From an uncultured Chloroflexia bacterium (GTDB taxonomy: Bacteria > Chloroflexota > Anaerolineae > CG2-30-64-16): a DNA stretch of 64,000 nucleotides. Numbering within the stretch: position 1 is the first letter of the stretch; each line of letters begins with the position of its first letter. The stretch lies in contig CAVZDU010000003.1 of assembly GCA_963774265.1 (NCBI GenBank), positions 448,001-512,000 of the forward strand. Reading direction: 5' to 3'. Under the pieces are notes generated by a model. That model was not told where the DNA came from. It ran no database searches and saw only the letters and a list, made by a program, of their open reading frames with translations. Of this stretch, positions 50,709 to 60,730 are shown piece by piece. A program made the position numbers and the translations under genes.

Positions 50709-51769
50709 CTACAAGGCTTACAAGCGGTATCTGTCCTATCTCTCCGATATGAAGCAGTTGGATCGACTCACGGTCGACAAGTACCGGAAAGAACTGGTCT
50801 ACCTGTTGGAGTGGGCAGATGAGCAGCCGTTATTCAGGGTCCACACGATCCGACCGTCGTTCCCGAAGTTCTTGTTAGAGGCCGACGGTAACGGCGACGG
50901 GAAACCCCTCACGTCAGCCTACGCGCGGCGAGTGAGCGCGGCCACGCGGGCGTTCCTGACGTGGCTTCGCATGTCCGAAGGGGGACCGTACCGCGATCTC
51001 TCGGAGAGTTGGCTTGAAACCCTTACCGCGCAGCGGCAGCGGCAGGGAGCGATCCGCGAGCACGAATTCTACACGGTCGAGGAGGTGCGCCAGTTGTTGA
51101 GCGTGCCCGCTGATAGCCTCCTCACGCGGCGGGATCAGGCAGCGGTAGCATTCCTGTTCATTTCGGGAGCGCGGATCGGCGCATTCGTCACGATGACGAC
51201 GCGGTGCGTCGACGTGGAGCATCGCCGTGTGCGGCAGTGGCCGGACCTGGGGGTAGTCACCAAAAACCGTAAGGCAGCAACTACCTATTTTCTGGACGTT
51301 CCCGATCTGCTCGAAGTGGTCGGGCAGTGGGACGCGTTGGTCCGATCTCGATCCTCGGAGAACGATCTTTGGTATCCGATCCTATCGCGATGGCGACAGG
51401 ATTGTCGAAGGGAAACCGGCGACTCCCGATCGCGCGACGGACTTCTACCGCGGACTGAAGCGTCTATGCTCGGCGGCAGGGGTCACCTTCAAGTCTCCGC
51501 ACAAACTGCGCCATGGCCACACGATGCACACGCTAGCAGGTGCCGAAACGATCAGCGACCTGAAAGCGATCAGCCAAAACCTGATGCACAGCAGCCTGAC
51601 GATCACGGATCAGGTCTATGGAGTCCTCGGGGCGAATGATGTTGCTGATCGCATCGGCGCGCTTGGCGGCAGCGGGGCCGATCGGCAACGAGAGCCAGGC
51701 GCTGGCGACATGAAGATAGAGAAGATCATCGACCGGGCGATTGCAAGGGCGCTTGCTGGGCGGGCGTAG
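50692..51769 (+). CDS. tyrosine recombinase/integrase, frameshifted near 51400
   Basis: SAM-like N-terminus, FISGARIGA (R), TKNRK (K), HKLRHGH (HxxR), NLMHSS and DQVY (Y). Confidence 0.9.
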
Positions 51770-51828
51770 GGCACGGTAACACAGAATTAGGGGACGTGAG
51801 TTGCATCAACACCGAGAGGTTTTGAGTT

Positions 51829-51939
51829 GCGAGGCAGTACGGATCAGGGGCCGGTCGCGGGGCAGCCACCGCGCCGATCGTTCGCGAGGCAGTACGGATC
51901 AGGGGCCGGTCGCGGGGCAGCCTCCCGCGCCGGCCGTTC
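51829..51939 (+). repeat. two tandem ~55-bp hairpin-forming units
   Basis: GCGAGGCAGTACGGATCAGGGGCCGGTCGCGGGGCAGCC identical at 51829-51867 and 51884-51922, each followed by CCGCGCCG..CGTTC. Confidence 0.85.
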
Positions 51940-51954
51940 TTGGGAGGTACGGGG

Positions 51955-52146
51955 ATGGATGATGACTATGATGCGTCGATAAGGCGTCGGTTCAAGCTTG
52001 ATCCGAAGTCAGCCTGGCAAAAGAGGCTGGATGTACTTACGACGAACCAGCAAGCGGAATTGGAACGTCTCAAAGATTTGAAGCGGCGCTTCCATCTCGA
52101 CATGAGCGAGGCAGAGATGTTAGAAAAGGTCGAGAGGCTACCATGA
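51955..52146 (+). CDS. small hypothetical helical protein
   Basis: GGAGG RBS, 63-aa ORF, ATGA overlap with the next ORF. Confidence 0.6.
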   Translation: MDDDYDASIRRRFKLDPKSAWQKRLDVLTTNQQAELERLKDLKRRFHLDMSEAEMLEKVERLP

Positions 52147-52430
52147 CGGATCAAGATGCACAGATCGAGGATCTGAAAGGACAACGCGCGGAGCTGCAAG
52201 TCAGGTTCAACGCCTGGGGCACCCGCATGTCCGAGATCGACGCGGAACTCGCAGCGCTGTGGCAGGCGTGGCGTCAGCTCTTGCGAGATCGCTACCATCA
52301 CGAACAGTCTTGCATCGCGGCGGGCGTGGATGGCGTTCTGCCCCCGATCGATGTAAGCGCGGTCAAACCCATCCTGGATCGCATCATGGACGGTCGCAGC
52401 GGGATCTTGCCAAAACACCCGCGCGACTGA
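52143..52430 (+). CDS. small coiled-coil protein, paralog 1
   Basis: QIEDLKGQRAELQVRFNAWGTRMSEIDAELAALWQAWR; translationally coupled. Confidence 0.7.
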   Translation: MTDQDAQIEDLKGQRAELQVRFNAWGTRMSEIDAELAALWQAWRQLLRDRYHHEQSCIAAGVDGVLPPIDVSAVKPILDRIMDGRSGILPKHPRD

Positions 52431-52446
52431 ACGGAAGGAGATCGGG

Positions 52447-52725
<279 letters not shown>

Positions 52726-52836
52726 AACGAGACGGAGTATACCGCTCACGGCGCAGAAATGCAAAAACGGGCCGCACGCTCCTCCCTTGCGCGGCCGCGC
52801 GCCCTGTGCTATCTTACCCACACACAGGAGGTCGCC

Positions 52837-53935
52837 ATGAGCCTGCAGATCGGCATCGTCGGCCTGCCCAACGCCGGGCAAATCCACCCTCTTCAACGCC
52901 CTGACGCAAGCAGGCGCGGCCATCGCGCCCTATCCCTTCACGACCATCGACCCGAACCTGGGCATCGCGGCTGTGCCGGACCCGCGGCTCGATCAACTGG
53001 TGGCCCTGGTCAAACCCGAGAAGGTCTCACCCGCCACGGTGGAGTTCGTGGATATCGCCGGCCTGGTCAAGGGCGCGAGCCACGGCGAGGGGCTGGGCAA
53101 CCAGTTTCTCGGCCATATCCGCAACGTCGACGCAGTGCTGCTGGTGCTGCGCGGGTTCGAGGACCCCGATGTACCGACCGCGGGCGAGCAGGTCGATCCC
53201 CTCGTCGACCTCGAAACGTTGGAATTGGAGCTGATCCTGGCCGATCTGACGGCCACGGATCGACGCATCGAGAGGGTGCAGGGCCAGGCCAAGGGGCGGC
53301 CGCGCGACTTCGCGGAGCAATTGGCGTGGCTGGGGCGGCTGCGTGGACATCTCGACGACGGGCGGAGCGCAGTGACCTTCCCTGAGCCGGCCCACCACGC
53401 GGACTGGACGACCGACTTCCCGCTCCTGAGCGGCAAACCGCGACTCTACGTCGTCAACGTGGGCGAAGATACGCTGCCGACCGGCGACCCGCTGGCGGCC
53501 CCCGTCCGGGCAAGAGCACAGGCTGAAGGTGCACCTTGCCTGACCCTGTGCGCCGCGTGCGAGGCGGAGCTGATCGGCTGGCCGCCGGATGAAGCGGCGG
53601 AGTACCGCAAGGACCTGGGGCTGGCGGAGTCGGGCCTCACTCAGCTCATCCGGGTGAGTTACCGTCTGCTAGACCTGATTACCTTCTTCACCATTGCGGG
53701 CGGCAAGGAGAGCCGCGCCTGGAACCTCAAGCGAGGCCAGACAGCTTATGAGGCAGCGGGCAAGGTGCACACTGACATCCAGCGCGGCTTCATTCGCGCT
53801 GAGGTAGTCCCCCAACCTGCGCTGATCGCAGCAGGCGGCGTGGCCGGCGCGCGCAGCCAGGGGCACGTCCGGCTGGAAGGCAAGGAGTACGTGGTGCAGG
53901 ATGGCGATGTGATCGCCTTCAGATTCAATGTGTGA
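52837..53935 (+). CDS. ychF: redox-regulated ATPase YchF (Obg family), indel near 52875
   Basis: GIVGLPNAGKS, YPFTTIDPN, VDIAGLVKGASHGEGLGNQFL, HTDIQRGFIRAE and EGKEYVVQDGD. Confidence 0.95.
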
Positions 53936-53974
53936 ACACACAAACGCGGGAAACCACAAACACTTATGAGCCCC

Positions 53975-54003
53975 TTGTCAACGTGACCGTCTTGTGCTAA
54001 AAT
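53975..54003 (+). promoter_or_regulatory. sigma70 promoter
   Basis: TTGTCA, 17 nt, TAAAAT with TG extension. Confidence 0.65.
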
Positions 54004-54142
54004 ATTTGTGTTGGGGTTGCGACCGGCGCCCCACTGCATGAGCCTCGCGGCATGCCGTACCTCTCAATTCTCCGGGGGCACCTTGTTGTTCGCAGCAGCG
54101 ACGATCCGCGAGGGCGCCCTCACATGCAAAGGAGTGTGACAG

Positions 54143-54571
54143 ATGAGGTCGAAGCCCTTTCCTCCGAAGTTCGCGTATGTCGCAGCGTTGGCGATCCTGC
54201 TCGCAGTGTGCTTCTACGCGGGCAGCCTGGCCACCAGTGATCAGCCCGTGAGCGCCCAGGGCGCCAACAACCCCACTGATCTGACGGCTCCAGAAGGGGA
54301 ATTCTCGTGCACCATCGGGAACGTTGCGGTGTACGAGAACCGCATTCACGTCTACTGCCCGGCTCACGTTGGCCTGATCAAGTATTTCGCCTACTCGGTA
54401 CTTTCCTCTGCGCAGTCCCGGCAGGCAAATCGGTACCTGGCCATCCTGAACACCGCCTATGCGTTGGGCAAGCCAGTGTTGGTGGCCTTTAACGACAGCT
54501 CGACAGCCAATCCGCCAGGGTGCCAGACCGACGATTGCCGGCTCATCACCGGATTGGCGATCGCGCCATGA
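54143..54571 (+). CDS. secreted Cys-containing hypothetical protein
   Basis: AAGGAG RBS, signal peptide ending VSA-Q, four Cys in a small beta domain. Confidence 0.7.
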   Translation: MRSKPFPPKFAYVAALAILLAVCFYAGSLATSDQPVSAQGANNPTDLTAPEGEFSCTIGNVAVYENRIHVYCPAHVGLIKYFAYSVLSSAQSRQANRYLAILNTAYALGKPVLVAFNDSSTANPPGCQTDDCRLITGLAIAP

Positions 54572-54792
54572 AAACACGAATGCGCGGCGCGCTGATCGTG
54601 GCCACGGTGTTGGTCATGGTGTTGGCCTACCTGGGCGGCGCGCTGGTATCAGCGCAAACCAGCTCTGCCCCGGCAGGCCCGCAGGCGCCAGCTCTCACCA
54701 ACGCACAGTGGGCTGTACTGGAGGCGGCCAATGCCCTGCTGCTCGATGGTGATGGCGAGACACCGACCTATTTGCCGCTCGTGCGGAAGTAG
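54568..54792 (+). CDS. small secreted protein with C-terminal YLPLVRK motif
   Basis: ATGA overlap, signal peptide VSA-Q, terminal TYLPLVRK resembling the Chloroflexota LPL[V/I]x[R/K] motif. Confidence 0.7.
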   Translation: MKTRMRGALIVATVLVMVLAYLGGALVSAQTSSAPAGPQAPALTNAQWAVLEAANALLLDGDGETPTYLPLVRK

Positions 54793-54869
54793 TCGCGGTT
54801 CGCGGACGATGCAGACAGTGTTCACTTGAGCACCCTTTGCATCGTGCGCATATTGCTTCCTCTCCATTC

Positions 54870-54898
54870 TTGCCATACTCTCACCTCTGTGCTATAAC
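54870..54898 (+). promoter_or_regulatory. promoter of rpsF-ssb-rpsR
   Basis: TTGCCA, 17 nt, TATAAC with TG extension. Confidence 0.65.
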
Positions 54899-54928
54899 TT
54901 ATCTACCGCGCGAGGGCTCCAGCCCTCG

Positions 54929-55015
54929 CTCTTTCTGCCCCCGGCGCGCAGCTCCAAGCTGGGTTGACCGGCGGCAATCCCCCTCCTGGGGAGGGGCATT
55001 TCCGAAGAAAGGAGG
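54929..55015 (+). ncRNA. S6:S18 ribosomal protein leader
   Basis: CTCTTTCT pairs with AGAAAGGAG (sequesters the RBS), TGCCCC/GGGGCA inner stem, and unpaired CCG (55002-55004) upstream of rpsF. Confidence 0.7.
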
Positions 55016-55027
55016 TACCGACGCGGT

Positions 55028-55330
55028 ATGTCCGACATTATGCGCGATTATGAGATGATCGTCATCGCTGCCCCGCAGTTAGATGATGAAGGCCTGAGCA
55101 GTCTGACCCAGCGTGTGAGTGGTTGGATTACGGGCGCGAAGGGAACGGTTTCCAACACCAATGTTTGGGGCCGTCGTTCGCTCGCGTACGCGATCAAGAA
55201 GCAAACTGAAGGCTACTACGTGCAGTTCAATTTTCAGTTGCTGCCCAGCGCGAGCCGCGAGCTCGAGCGCAACCTGCGACTGGATGAGAACGTCATCCGA
55301 CACCTGGTAATCCGCCTGGACGAGGTATAG
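55028..55330 (+). CDS. rpsF: 30S ribosomal protein S6
   Basis: MRDYEMIVI, WGRRSLAYAIKK and VIRHLVIR. Confidence 0.97.
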   Translation: MSDIMRDYEMIVIAAPQLDDEGLSSLTQRVSGWITGAKGTVSNTNVWGRRSLAYAIKKQTEGYYVQFNFQLLPSASRELERNLRLDENVIRHLVIRLDEV

Positions 55331-55363
55331 CCCCGACCTGACGGTGGAAGGGAGACGTGGACC

Positions 55364-55750
55364 GTGGCAAGAGGCTTAAACAAGGTCCTAATCATCGGCA
55401 ACCTGGGCCGCGATCCCGAAATGCGGTATACGCCGAGCGGTAAGCCGGTCACTTCGTTCAGTGTGGCGGTGAGCCGCGGCTGGACGACAAGCGCAGGCGA
55501 ACGCCGCGAGGCCACGGAATGGTTCAATGTCATCGCCTGGGGCAACCTGGCCGAGATTTGCAACCAGTATCTGCGTAAAGGCTCGCGCGTCTATGTTGAG
55601 GGACGGCTGCAAACGCGGAGTTGGGACGATCCCGATGGGCAGCGGCATTCGCGCACCGAGGTGGTCGCCAACGAGATGATGATCCTGGACAGCCGACCCG
55701 GCAATAACGAACCGGATGATTTCGGTTACGAAGAGGAAATGGGCTTCTAG
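55364..55750 (+). CDS. ssb: single-stranded DNA-binding protein
   Basis: LNKVLIIGNLGRDPEMRYT, YLRKGSRVYVEGRL and an acidic tail. Confidence 0.97.
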   Translation: MARGLNKVLIIGNLGRDPEMRYTPSGKPVTSFSVAVSRGWTTSAGERREATEWFNVIAWGNLAEICNQYLRKGSRVYVEGRLQTRSWDDPDGQRHSRTEVVANEMMILDSRPGNNEPDDFGYEEEMGF

Positions 55751-55787
55751 ACCGTAGGGTCAGGCCCCGACATACGGAGAACTTCAT

Positions 55788-56138
55788 ATGGCAGACGAAA
55801 GAGAAATGAACAGCACGTCGCCCGCTCCCATGGAGCGTGTCGACCGGCCAGAGCGCGGCGATCGGATGGATCGCCGCCCGCGTGGTGGACCGGGCGGTGG
55901 TCGGGGGCGTTTCCAGCGCCGCCGCATCTGCGCCTTCTGCGTCGATAAGGTCGACAAAATCGACTATAAGGATGTCAACTTGCTGCGTCGCTTCGTATCT
56001 GACACCGGTCAGATTGATTCGCGGCGTCGCACGGGCACATGCGCTCGCCATCAGCGTCGCGTCACCGAGGCCGTCAAGCGGGCTCGCTTCCTGGCGCTGT
56101 TGCCTTACACCGCCGAGCACATTCGCCGCTACGGTTGA
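55788..56138 (+). CDS. rpsR: 30S ribosomal protein S18 (Zn-binding form, Arg/Gly-rich N-terminal extension)
   Basis: [20 protein letters not shown] and [11 protein letters not shown]. Confidence 0.97.
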   Translation: MADEREMNSTSPAPMERVDRPERGDRMDRRPRGGPGGGRGRFQRRRICAFCVDKVDKIDYKDVNLLRRFVSDTGQIDSRRRTGTCARHQRRVTEAVKRARFLALLPYTAEHIRRYG

Positions 56139-56187
56139 TGTTATGGCGAGCGGGGGACGCCCTCCGTTCGCCTAGTAAGGAACACCT

Positions 56188-57435
56188 ATGGCCAAGCGCA
56201 AAGAAGACGAACTCCGCGAGGAGACTAAGAAGCAGGCGCACCGTCGTCGCCGGGATGAGCAGGCCAATCGTAAGCTGATGTTGGGCCTGGGCGCAGTCGG
56301 CGCACTCTTGCTCCTGCTTATCATTGCAGGCGTTGTTCAGGAACTCGTTCTCAAGCCTCGACAACCCGTCGCAACGATCAACGGGCAACGCATCGGCTTG
56401 CAGGATTACCAGAAGCAGGTGAAGTTCAGTTGGTACCAGCAGCTCCAGCAGGGTACGCCAGTCGCTGACCCCCAGGGCTCCGGCCTCGAGGTGCTGGACC
56501 AGATGATCGATCTCGAACTGCTTCGCGAACAGGCTGCCCAACGCGGCATCACCGTGACCCAGCAGGAAGTGTCCGACCGGGTGGAACAGGCCTTTGGCTT
56601 CTACCGCCAGACGCCGACCCCGTTCCCGACAAGAACGCCCGATCCCAATGCCTCGCCGACGCCGGCGCCCCCGGGCACGGTCGCGCCGACAAGCACGCCC
56701 GCACCCACGGCCACGCCCTTCACCGAAGAGTCGTTTAAGGCTGACCTCAAGCGGTACATGGACACGCTCACCGCGACCACGGACATGACCGAGGCGGACT
56801 GGCGCAAGCTGGTTGAAGCGGAATTGCTCCAGCAGAAGCTGTACGAGGACGTCACCAAGGACGTTCCGACCACGGGCGAGCAGCTACGGCTCCGCCACAT
56901 CCTGATCGCAATTCGCGCGCCTCAACCAACCCCGGAGCCGACTGCAACACCGGGAGCGGACGCGACGCCGGCCCCAACAGTGGCGCCTGGCGCGACTGCA
57001 ACGCCGACGCCCCAGCCGACCCCTGCCCCGCGCACGGACGCCGAGGCCCTGCAACTGGCCCAGGAGATCAAGCAGAAGCTGGCTGCAGGCGAGGACTTCA
57101 CTTCGCTGGCCGTCGTCTATTCGGATGATTCGGGCAGCAAGGCGCAAGGCGGCGAGTTGGGTTGGTACTCAAAGGGCCAGGGACTGGTCCAGGAGTTTGA
57201 GGATGCGGCCTTCGGCCTGGAAGTTGGGCAGATCAGCGATCCGGTCCTGACGCAGTTCGGTTACCATATCATCCAGGTGGAAGAGAAGGACCCGAACCGC
57301 GAGCTGGACGCGTACACGCTGTACCAGAAGAAGCAGGAAGCCTACAGCACGTGGCTGACTGATGTGCGCAACGCAGCTAAAATTGAGCGCACCTGGACAC
57401 TGGACAAACTCCCACCGACGCCGTCGGCGGGATAA
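56188..57435 (+). CDS. membrane-anchored parvulin-type PPIase (SurA/PrsA-like)
   Basis: TM segment, SurA_N-like helices, RHILI, YSDD..GGELGW and TQFGYHII; PT-rich inserts. Confidence 0.9.
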   Translation: MAKRKEDELREETKKQAHRRRRDEQANRKLMLGLGAVGALLLLLIIAGVVQELVLKPRQPVATINGQRIGLQDYQKQVKFSWYQQLQQGTPVADPQGSGLEVLDQMIDLELLREQAAQRGITVTQQEVSDRVEQAFGFYRQTPTPFPTRTPDPNASPTPAPPGTVAPTSTPAPTATPFTEESFKADLKRYMDTLTATTDMTEADWRKLVEAELLQQKLYEDVTKDVPTTGEQLRLRHILIAIRAPQPTPEPTATPGADATPAPTVAPGATATPTPQPTPAPRTDAEALQLAQEIKQKLAAGEDFTSLAVVYSDDSGSKAQGGELGWYSKGQGLVQEFEDAAFGLEVGQISDPVLTQFGYHIIQVEEKDPNRELDAYTLYQKKQEAYSTWLTDVRNAAKIERTWTLDKLPPTPSAG

Positions 57436-57440
57436 GCTCA

Positions 57441-57474
57441 AGGGGACGCAGATCAGCTGAGGTCTGCGTCCTCT
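57441..57474. terminator. bidirectional terminator between the PPIase gene and rel
   Basis: AGGGGACGCAGATC / GGTCTGCGTCCTCT stem. Confidence 0.7.
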
Positions 57475-57476
57475 CT

Positions 57477-59648
57477 TTAGCCGTTCTGTCTTCGGACCTC
57501 GCGGACGTTCTGCACCTGGTTGATCTTATAGAGCACCCGATCGAGTTGTTCTGCGTCGCGCACTTCCAGGGTGGCGGTGATCATCGCCAGGTTGTCGCGG
57601 CGGGCAGTGACAGCCGACGCATCCTCGAGGTTGATGTTCTCCAGGTCCAACACCCCGACGATATCCTTCAGAAGCCCGGCCCGGTCGTAGGCCATCACCC
57701 GGATTTTCACGCGTGAAAGTTGCGGCGGCGTCGAGCCCCAGTCCACGCGGATGATGCGGTCGCGGTCGAGCCGCTGCACGTTCGGGCAGTCGCTGCGATG
57801 GACCGACACCCCGCGGCCGCGCGTTACGAAACCGACGATATCATCCGGTGGCATAGGATTGCAGCATTTGGAAATGACGGTCAACAGGTTCCCTGCGCCC
57901 TGCACCGCAATCCCTTCCACGTGGGGAGCAGCCGCTGTCGACTGCCGCTGATCGGTGTGCGGCAGCTCTTCCCGGGCCTCCTTGAGCGCCTCGTCGGGCT
58001 TATTGAGCTGCAGCACCCGCTTGGCAATGTCCGCAGTGGTGATGTCGCTTGTGCCCACCTCAGTGAGGAAGTCATCCAGGTTCTGATAACCGAACAACCC
58101 TGCCACATCCTGGTACGTCATCTGATCGATATTGAGGCGGTGCAGTTCGCGATCGAGCAGGTCGCGTCCCGCCGAAATATTCTCGTCCCGGTTTTGTAGT
58201 TTGAACCACTGGCGAATCTTGGTCCGGGCGCGGGAGGTTTTGACATAACCCAGGTGCGGATTGAGCCAGTCGCGGCTGGGGCCGCCGCGCTTGGCGGTCA
58301 GCACTTCCACCTGATCCCCGCTCTGGAGGGGGGTGTCCAGGCTCACGAGCTTGCCGCGCACCTTGGCCCCGCGACAGCGATGGCCGATCTCCGTGTGAAC
58401 GCGATACGCGAAGTCGATCGGCGTGGCGCCCGCGGGCAGGTCAATCACCTCTCCCTTCGGGGTGAAGACGTACACACGATCTTTGAAAAGCTCATCCTTG
58501 GCTGTGGCGATGAATTCGCTGCCGCCGGCCTGCTCCTGAGACTGCCAGTCGAGCACCGAACGCAGCCACTTGATCTTGCGGTCGTAAGCATCATCGTGGC
58601 GGGTTTGCGATTTGTAGCGCCAGTGTGCGGCGATACCCACATCGGCGATACGGTCCATCTCGGGCGTTCGGATTTGCACTTCGAGCGGCCGCCCGTTGGG
58701 CCCCACAACCGCGGTGTGGAGCGACTGATATTGGTTATCCTTCGGGCTCGCGATGTAGTCATCAAATTCACCCGGGATGGGCCGCCACAGAGAATGCACC
58801 ACCCCCAAGGCCGCGTAGCAATCTGCCAATTCCGGTACGATCAGCCGAATGCCGTGCTGGTCATACACCTGATCGAGGGTGACGCCCTTGCGCTTCATCT
58901 TGCGCCAGATGCTATAGATATGCTTGGGCCGGCCCGAGATGTTCGCCTGGACGTTGTGCTTTTCAAGCTCTCGTTTCAGCGTCTGAACGACAGCCTCGAC
59001 TTGCGCCTCGCGCTCCTCGCGCCGCGCGGAGAGCTCCTTCGCCATCTTCTCGTAGGTATCCGGCTCCAGGTAGCGAAACGCGAGATCCTCCAATTCCCAT
59101 TTGATCTGGTAGATGCCCAGGACGCTGGCGAGGGGTGCGTAGACATCGAGCGTCTCGCGCGCGATGCGCTGCTGCTGGCTGGCCGACATGGCGCCGAGAG
59201 TGCGCATGTTGTGCAGCCGATCCGCCAGCTTGATGAGGACCACGCGCACATCGTTGACCATGGCCAGCAGCATCTTGCGGAAGCTTTCCACCTTGGGATC
59301 GCGGCTATCCTCGGGATACGCCGCCATGTCGGAGATGTTTTGCAGCTTGGTGACGCCGTCGACCATGCTGGCGACTTCGGGGCCGAACTCCTCGATGAGG
59401 ATAGGGACTTTATGGAGGGTGTCCTCGGCAACGTCGTGCAGAAGTGCGGCAGCGACGGTGCGCGCATCCAGCCGCAGGTCAGCAAGGATAGCGGCGACGG
59501 CCTCGGGATGGATTATGTAGGGCTCGCCCGTCTTGCGCTTCTGCTCGACGTGGGCCGCGTCGGCATACTCGTACGCACGGTGGACGAGGGCCGTGTCCTG
59601 CGGCGAATAGCTTTTCGGCAGATGCTCTCGAAGCGATTCCCAACTCAT
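57477..59648 (-). CDS. rel: long RSH (p)ppGpp synthetase/hydrolase
   Basis: GEPYIIHP, LLHDVAED, KLADRLHNMRT, GRPKHIYSI, YQSLHT, TGS (DFAY..HT), CCNP and ACT domains. Confidence 0.97.
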   Translation of the reverse strand: MSWESLREHLPKSYSPQDTALVHRAYEYADAAHVEQKRKTGEPYIIHPEAVAAILADLRLDARTVAAALLHDVAEDTLHKVPILIEEFGPEVASMVDGVTKLQNISDMAAYPEDSRDPKVESFRKMLLAMVNDVRVVLIKLADRLHNMRTLGAMSASQQQRIARETLDVYAPLASVLGIYQIKWELEDLAFRYLEPDTYEKMAKELSARREEREAQVEAVVQTLKRELEKHNVQANISGRPKHIYSIWRKMKRKGVTLDQVYDQHGIRLIVPELADCYAALGVVHSLWRPIPGEFDDYIASPKDNQYQSLHTAVVGPNGRPLEVQIRTPEMDRIADVGIAAHWRYKSQTRHDDAYDRKIKWLRSVLDWQSQEQAGGSEFIATAKDELFKDRVYVFTPKGEVIDLPAGATPIDFAYRVHTEIGHRCRGAKVRGKLVSLDTPLQSGDQVEVLTAKRGGPSRDWLNPHLGYVKTSRARTKIRQWFKLQNRDENISAGRDLLDRELHRLNIDQMTYQDVAGLFGYQNLDDFLTEVGTSDITTADIAKRVLQLNKPDEALKEAREELPHTDQRQSTAAAPHVEGIAVQGAGNLLTVISKCCNPMPPDDIVGFVTRGRGVSVHRSDCPNVQRLDRDRIIRVDWGSTPPQLSRVKIRVMAYDRAGLLKDIVGVLDLENINLEDASAVTARRDNLAMITATLEVRDAEQLDRVLYKINQVQNVREVRRQNG

Positions 59649-59674
59649 ACACTCACCAATTCCCCATACCCGTT

Positions 59675-59703
59675 TTGCTCTTCGTCCTGCCTGATGCTAT
59701 ACT
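59675..59703 (+). promoter_or_regulatory. tRNA-Arg promoter
   Basis: TTGCTC, 17 nt, TATACT with TG extension. Confidence 0.6.
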
Positions 59704-59715
59704 CGTCGAGCAAAT

Positions 59716-59788
59716 GCCCCCATAGCTCAGTGGATAGAGCGACTGACTTCGGATCAGTAGGCCGCGGGTTCGAATCCTGCTGGGGGTA
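59716..59788 (+). tRNA. tRNA-Arg(UCG)
   Basis: GCCCCCA/TGGGGGT acceptor, GCTCAGTGGATAGAGC D-arm, ACTGA-CTTCGGA-TCAGT anticodon arm, GCGGG-TTCGAAT-CCTGC T-arm; CCA not encoded. Confidence 0.93.
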
Positions 59789-59803
59789 CTGGGTCCTTAA
59801 TCG

Positions 59804-59857
59804 AAACCTCCCAGGTCTCAGGCCAACCAACGGTTGGCACGACCTGGGAGGTTTTTT
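59804..59857 (+). terminator. nested hairpin after tRNA-Arg (terminator / REP-like)
   Basis: AAACCTCCCAGGTC...GACCTGGGAGGTTT (14-bp stem) enclosing GCCAACC/GGTTGGC, followed by a T-run. Confidence 0.75.
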
Positions 59858-59890
59858 GCTGCAACACTGCCTGCGCCCCCCACTGTTCGA

Positions 59891-59920
59891 ATCATAGCAC
59901 AGGCCCGCGCACTTTGGCAA
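59891..59920 (-). promoter_or_regulatory. leftward promoter, candidate rel promoter
   Basis: Minus strand TTGCCA, 18 nt, TATGAT with TG extension. Confidence 0.5.
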
Positions 59921-59992
59921 CCCCGCGAAAAAGGGCCGGGCTGCGCTCCTGGGCGGTCTAGCGATACAGGCATTGTCCGTGCCTTTACAAAA

Positions 59993-60730
59993 GCCCAAGC
60001 CGTGATCGGTGGCGAGTACGATGCCGTCGTGCATACACTCCGCCGGCTGGCACGCGCCGGCTGGGTCGTGCGCCTGACCGCGGGCCGCTATGCCATGATC
60101 CCGCTGTCCTCCGGGAGCACGTCCGCGCCCCAGGTGAACCGCTACGTCATCATGCGCGAACTGCTGGAGCCGGCGCCGTACTACATCTCGCACGACAGCG
60201 CCATGGACATCCACGACATGCTGACCCGGCCCATCACCCTTGTCAGTGCGACGTCGCCGCGCCGGTTGGCTGGGAGCACGATCCTGGGCATCCCGTATCG
60301 TTTCATCTATGCGCCGCCTACAGCCCTCTGGGGCCATGCGCCGATCTGGGTGACGCCCTACGAACAGGTGACCGTAAGCGACCTGGAGCGGACCCTGCTG
60401 GACGGGCTGGCCCGCCCAGATCTCTGCGCAGGCATCAGCGAGGTCGCCACGGCGTTATGGATGCGCCACACCGACCTGGACTGGGACAAGCTGGGGGATT
60501 ACGCCGAAAAGCTGGGAGGACAGGCTGCAGCGCAGCGCCTGGGTTATCTGCTCGAGCTCTTCGAATTGGGATCGCCAGCGTTGCTTGCCCGGCTGCAAGC
60601 GCTAACGGCGACCGGGTACGTGCGTCTCGCCCCGCGGTTGCCCGACGAGGGGCCTTACCTGGCGCGGCTGGCGTCTACGCATCAATATCGAGCCAGCCAG
60701 CCTGGAAGCTGTCAGCAGGACGTGACCCGT
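59993..60730 (+). CDS. second AbiEi-family antitoxin, apparently 5'-truncated, with a 3' indel
   Basis: LARAGWVVRLTAGRY, YYISHDSAM, SDLERTLLDGL and RLGYLLE; no convincing start or RBS. Confidence 0.75.

Noticed and set aside
51829-51939. CRISPR mini-array
   Set aside because: Only two repeats, the 16-nt intervening sequence is itself similar between units, and there are no cas genes.
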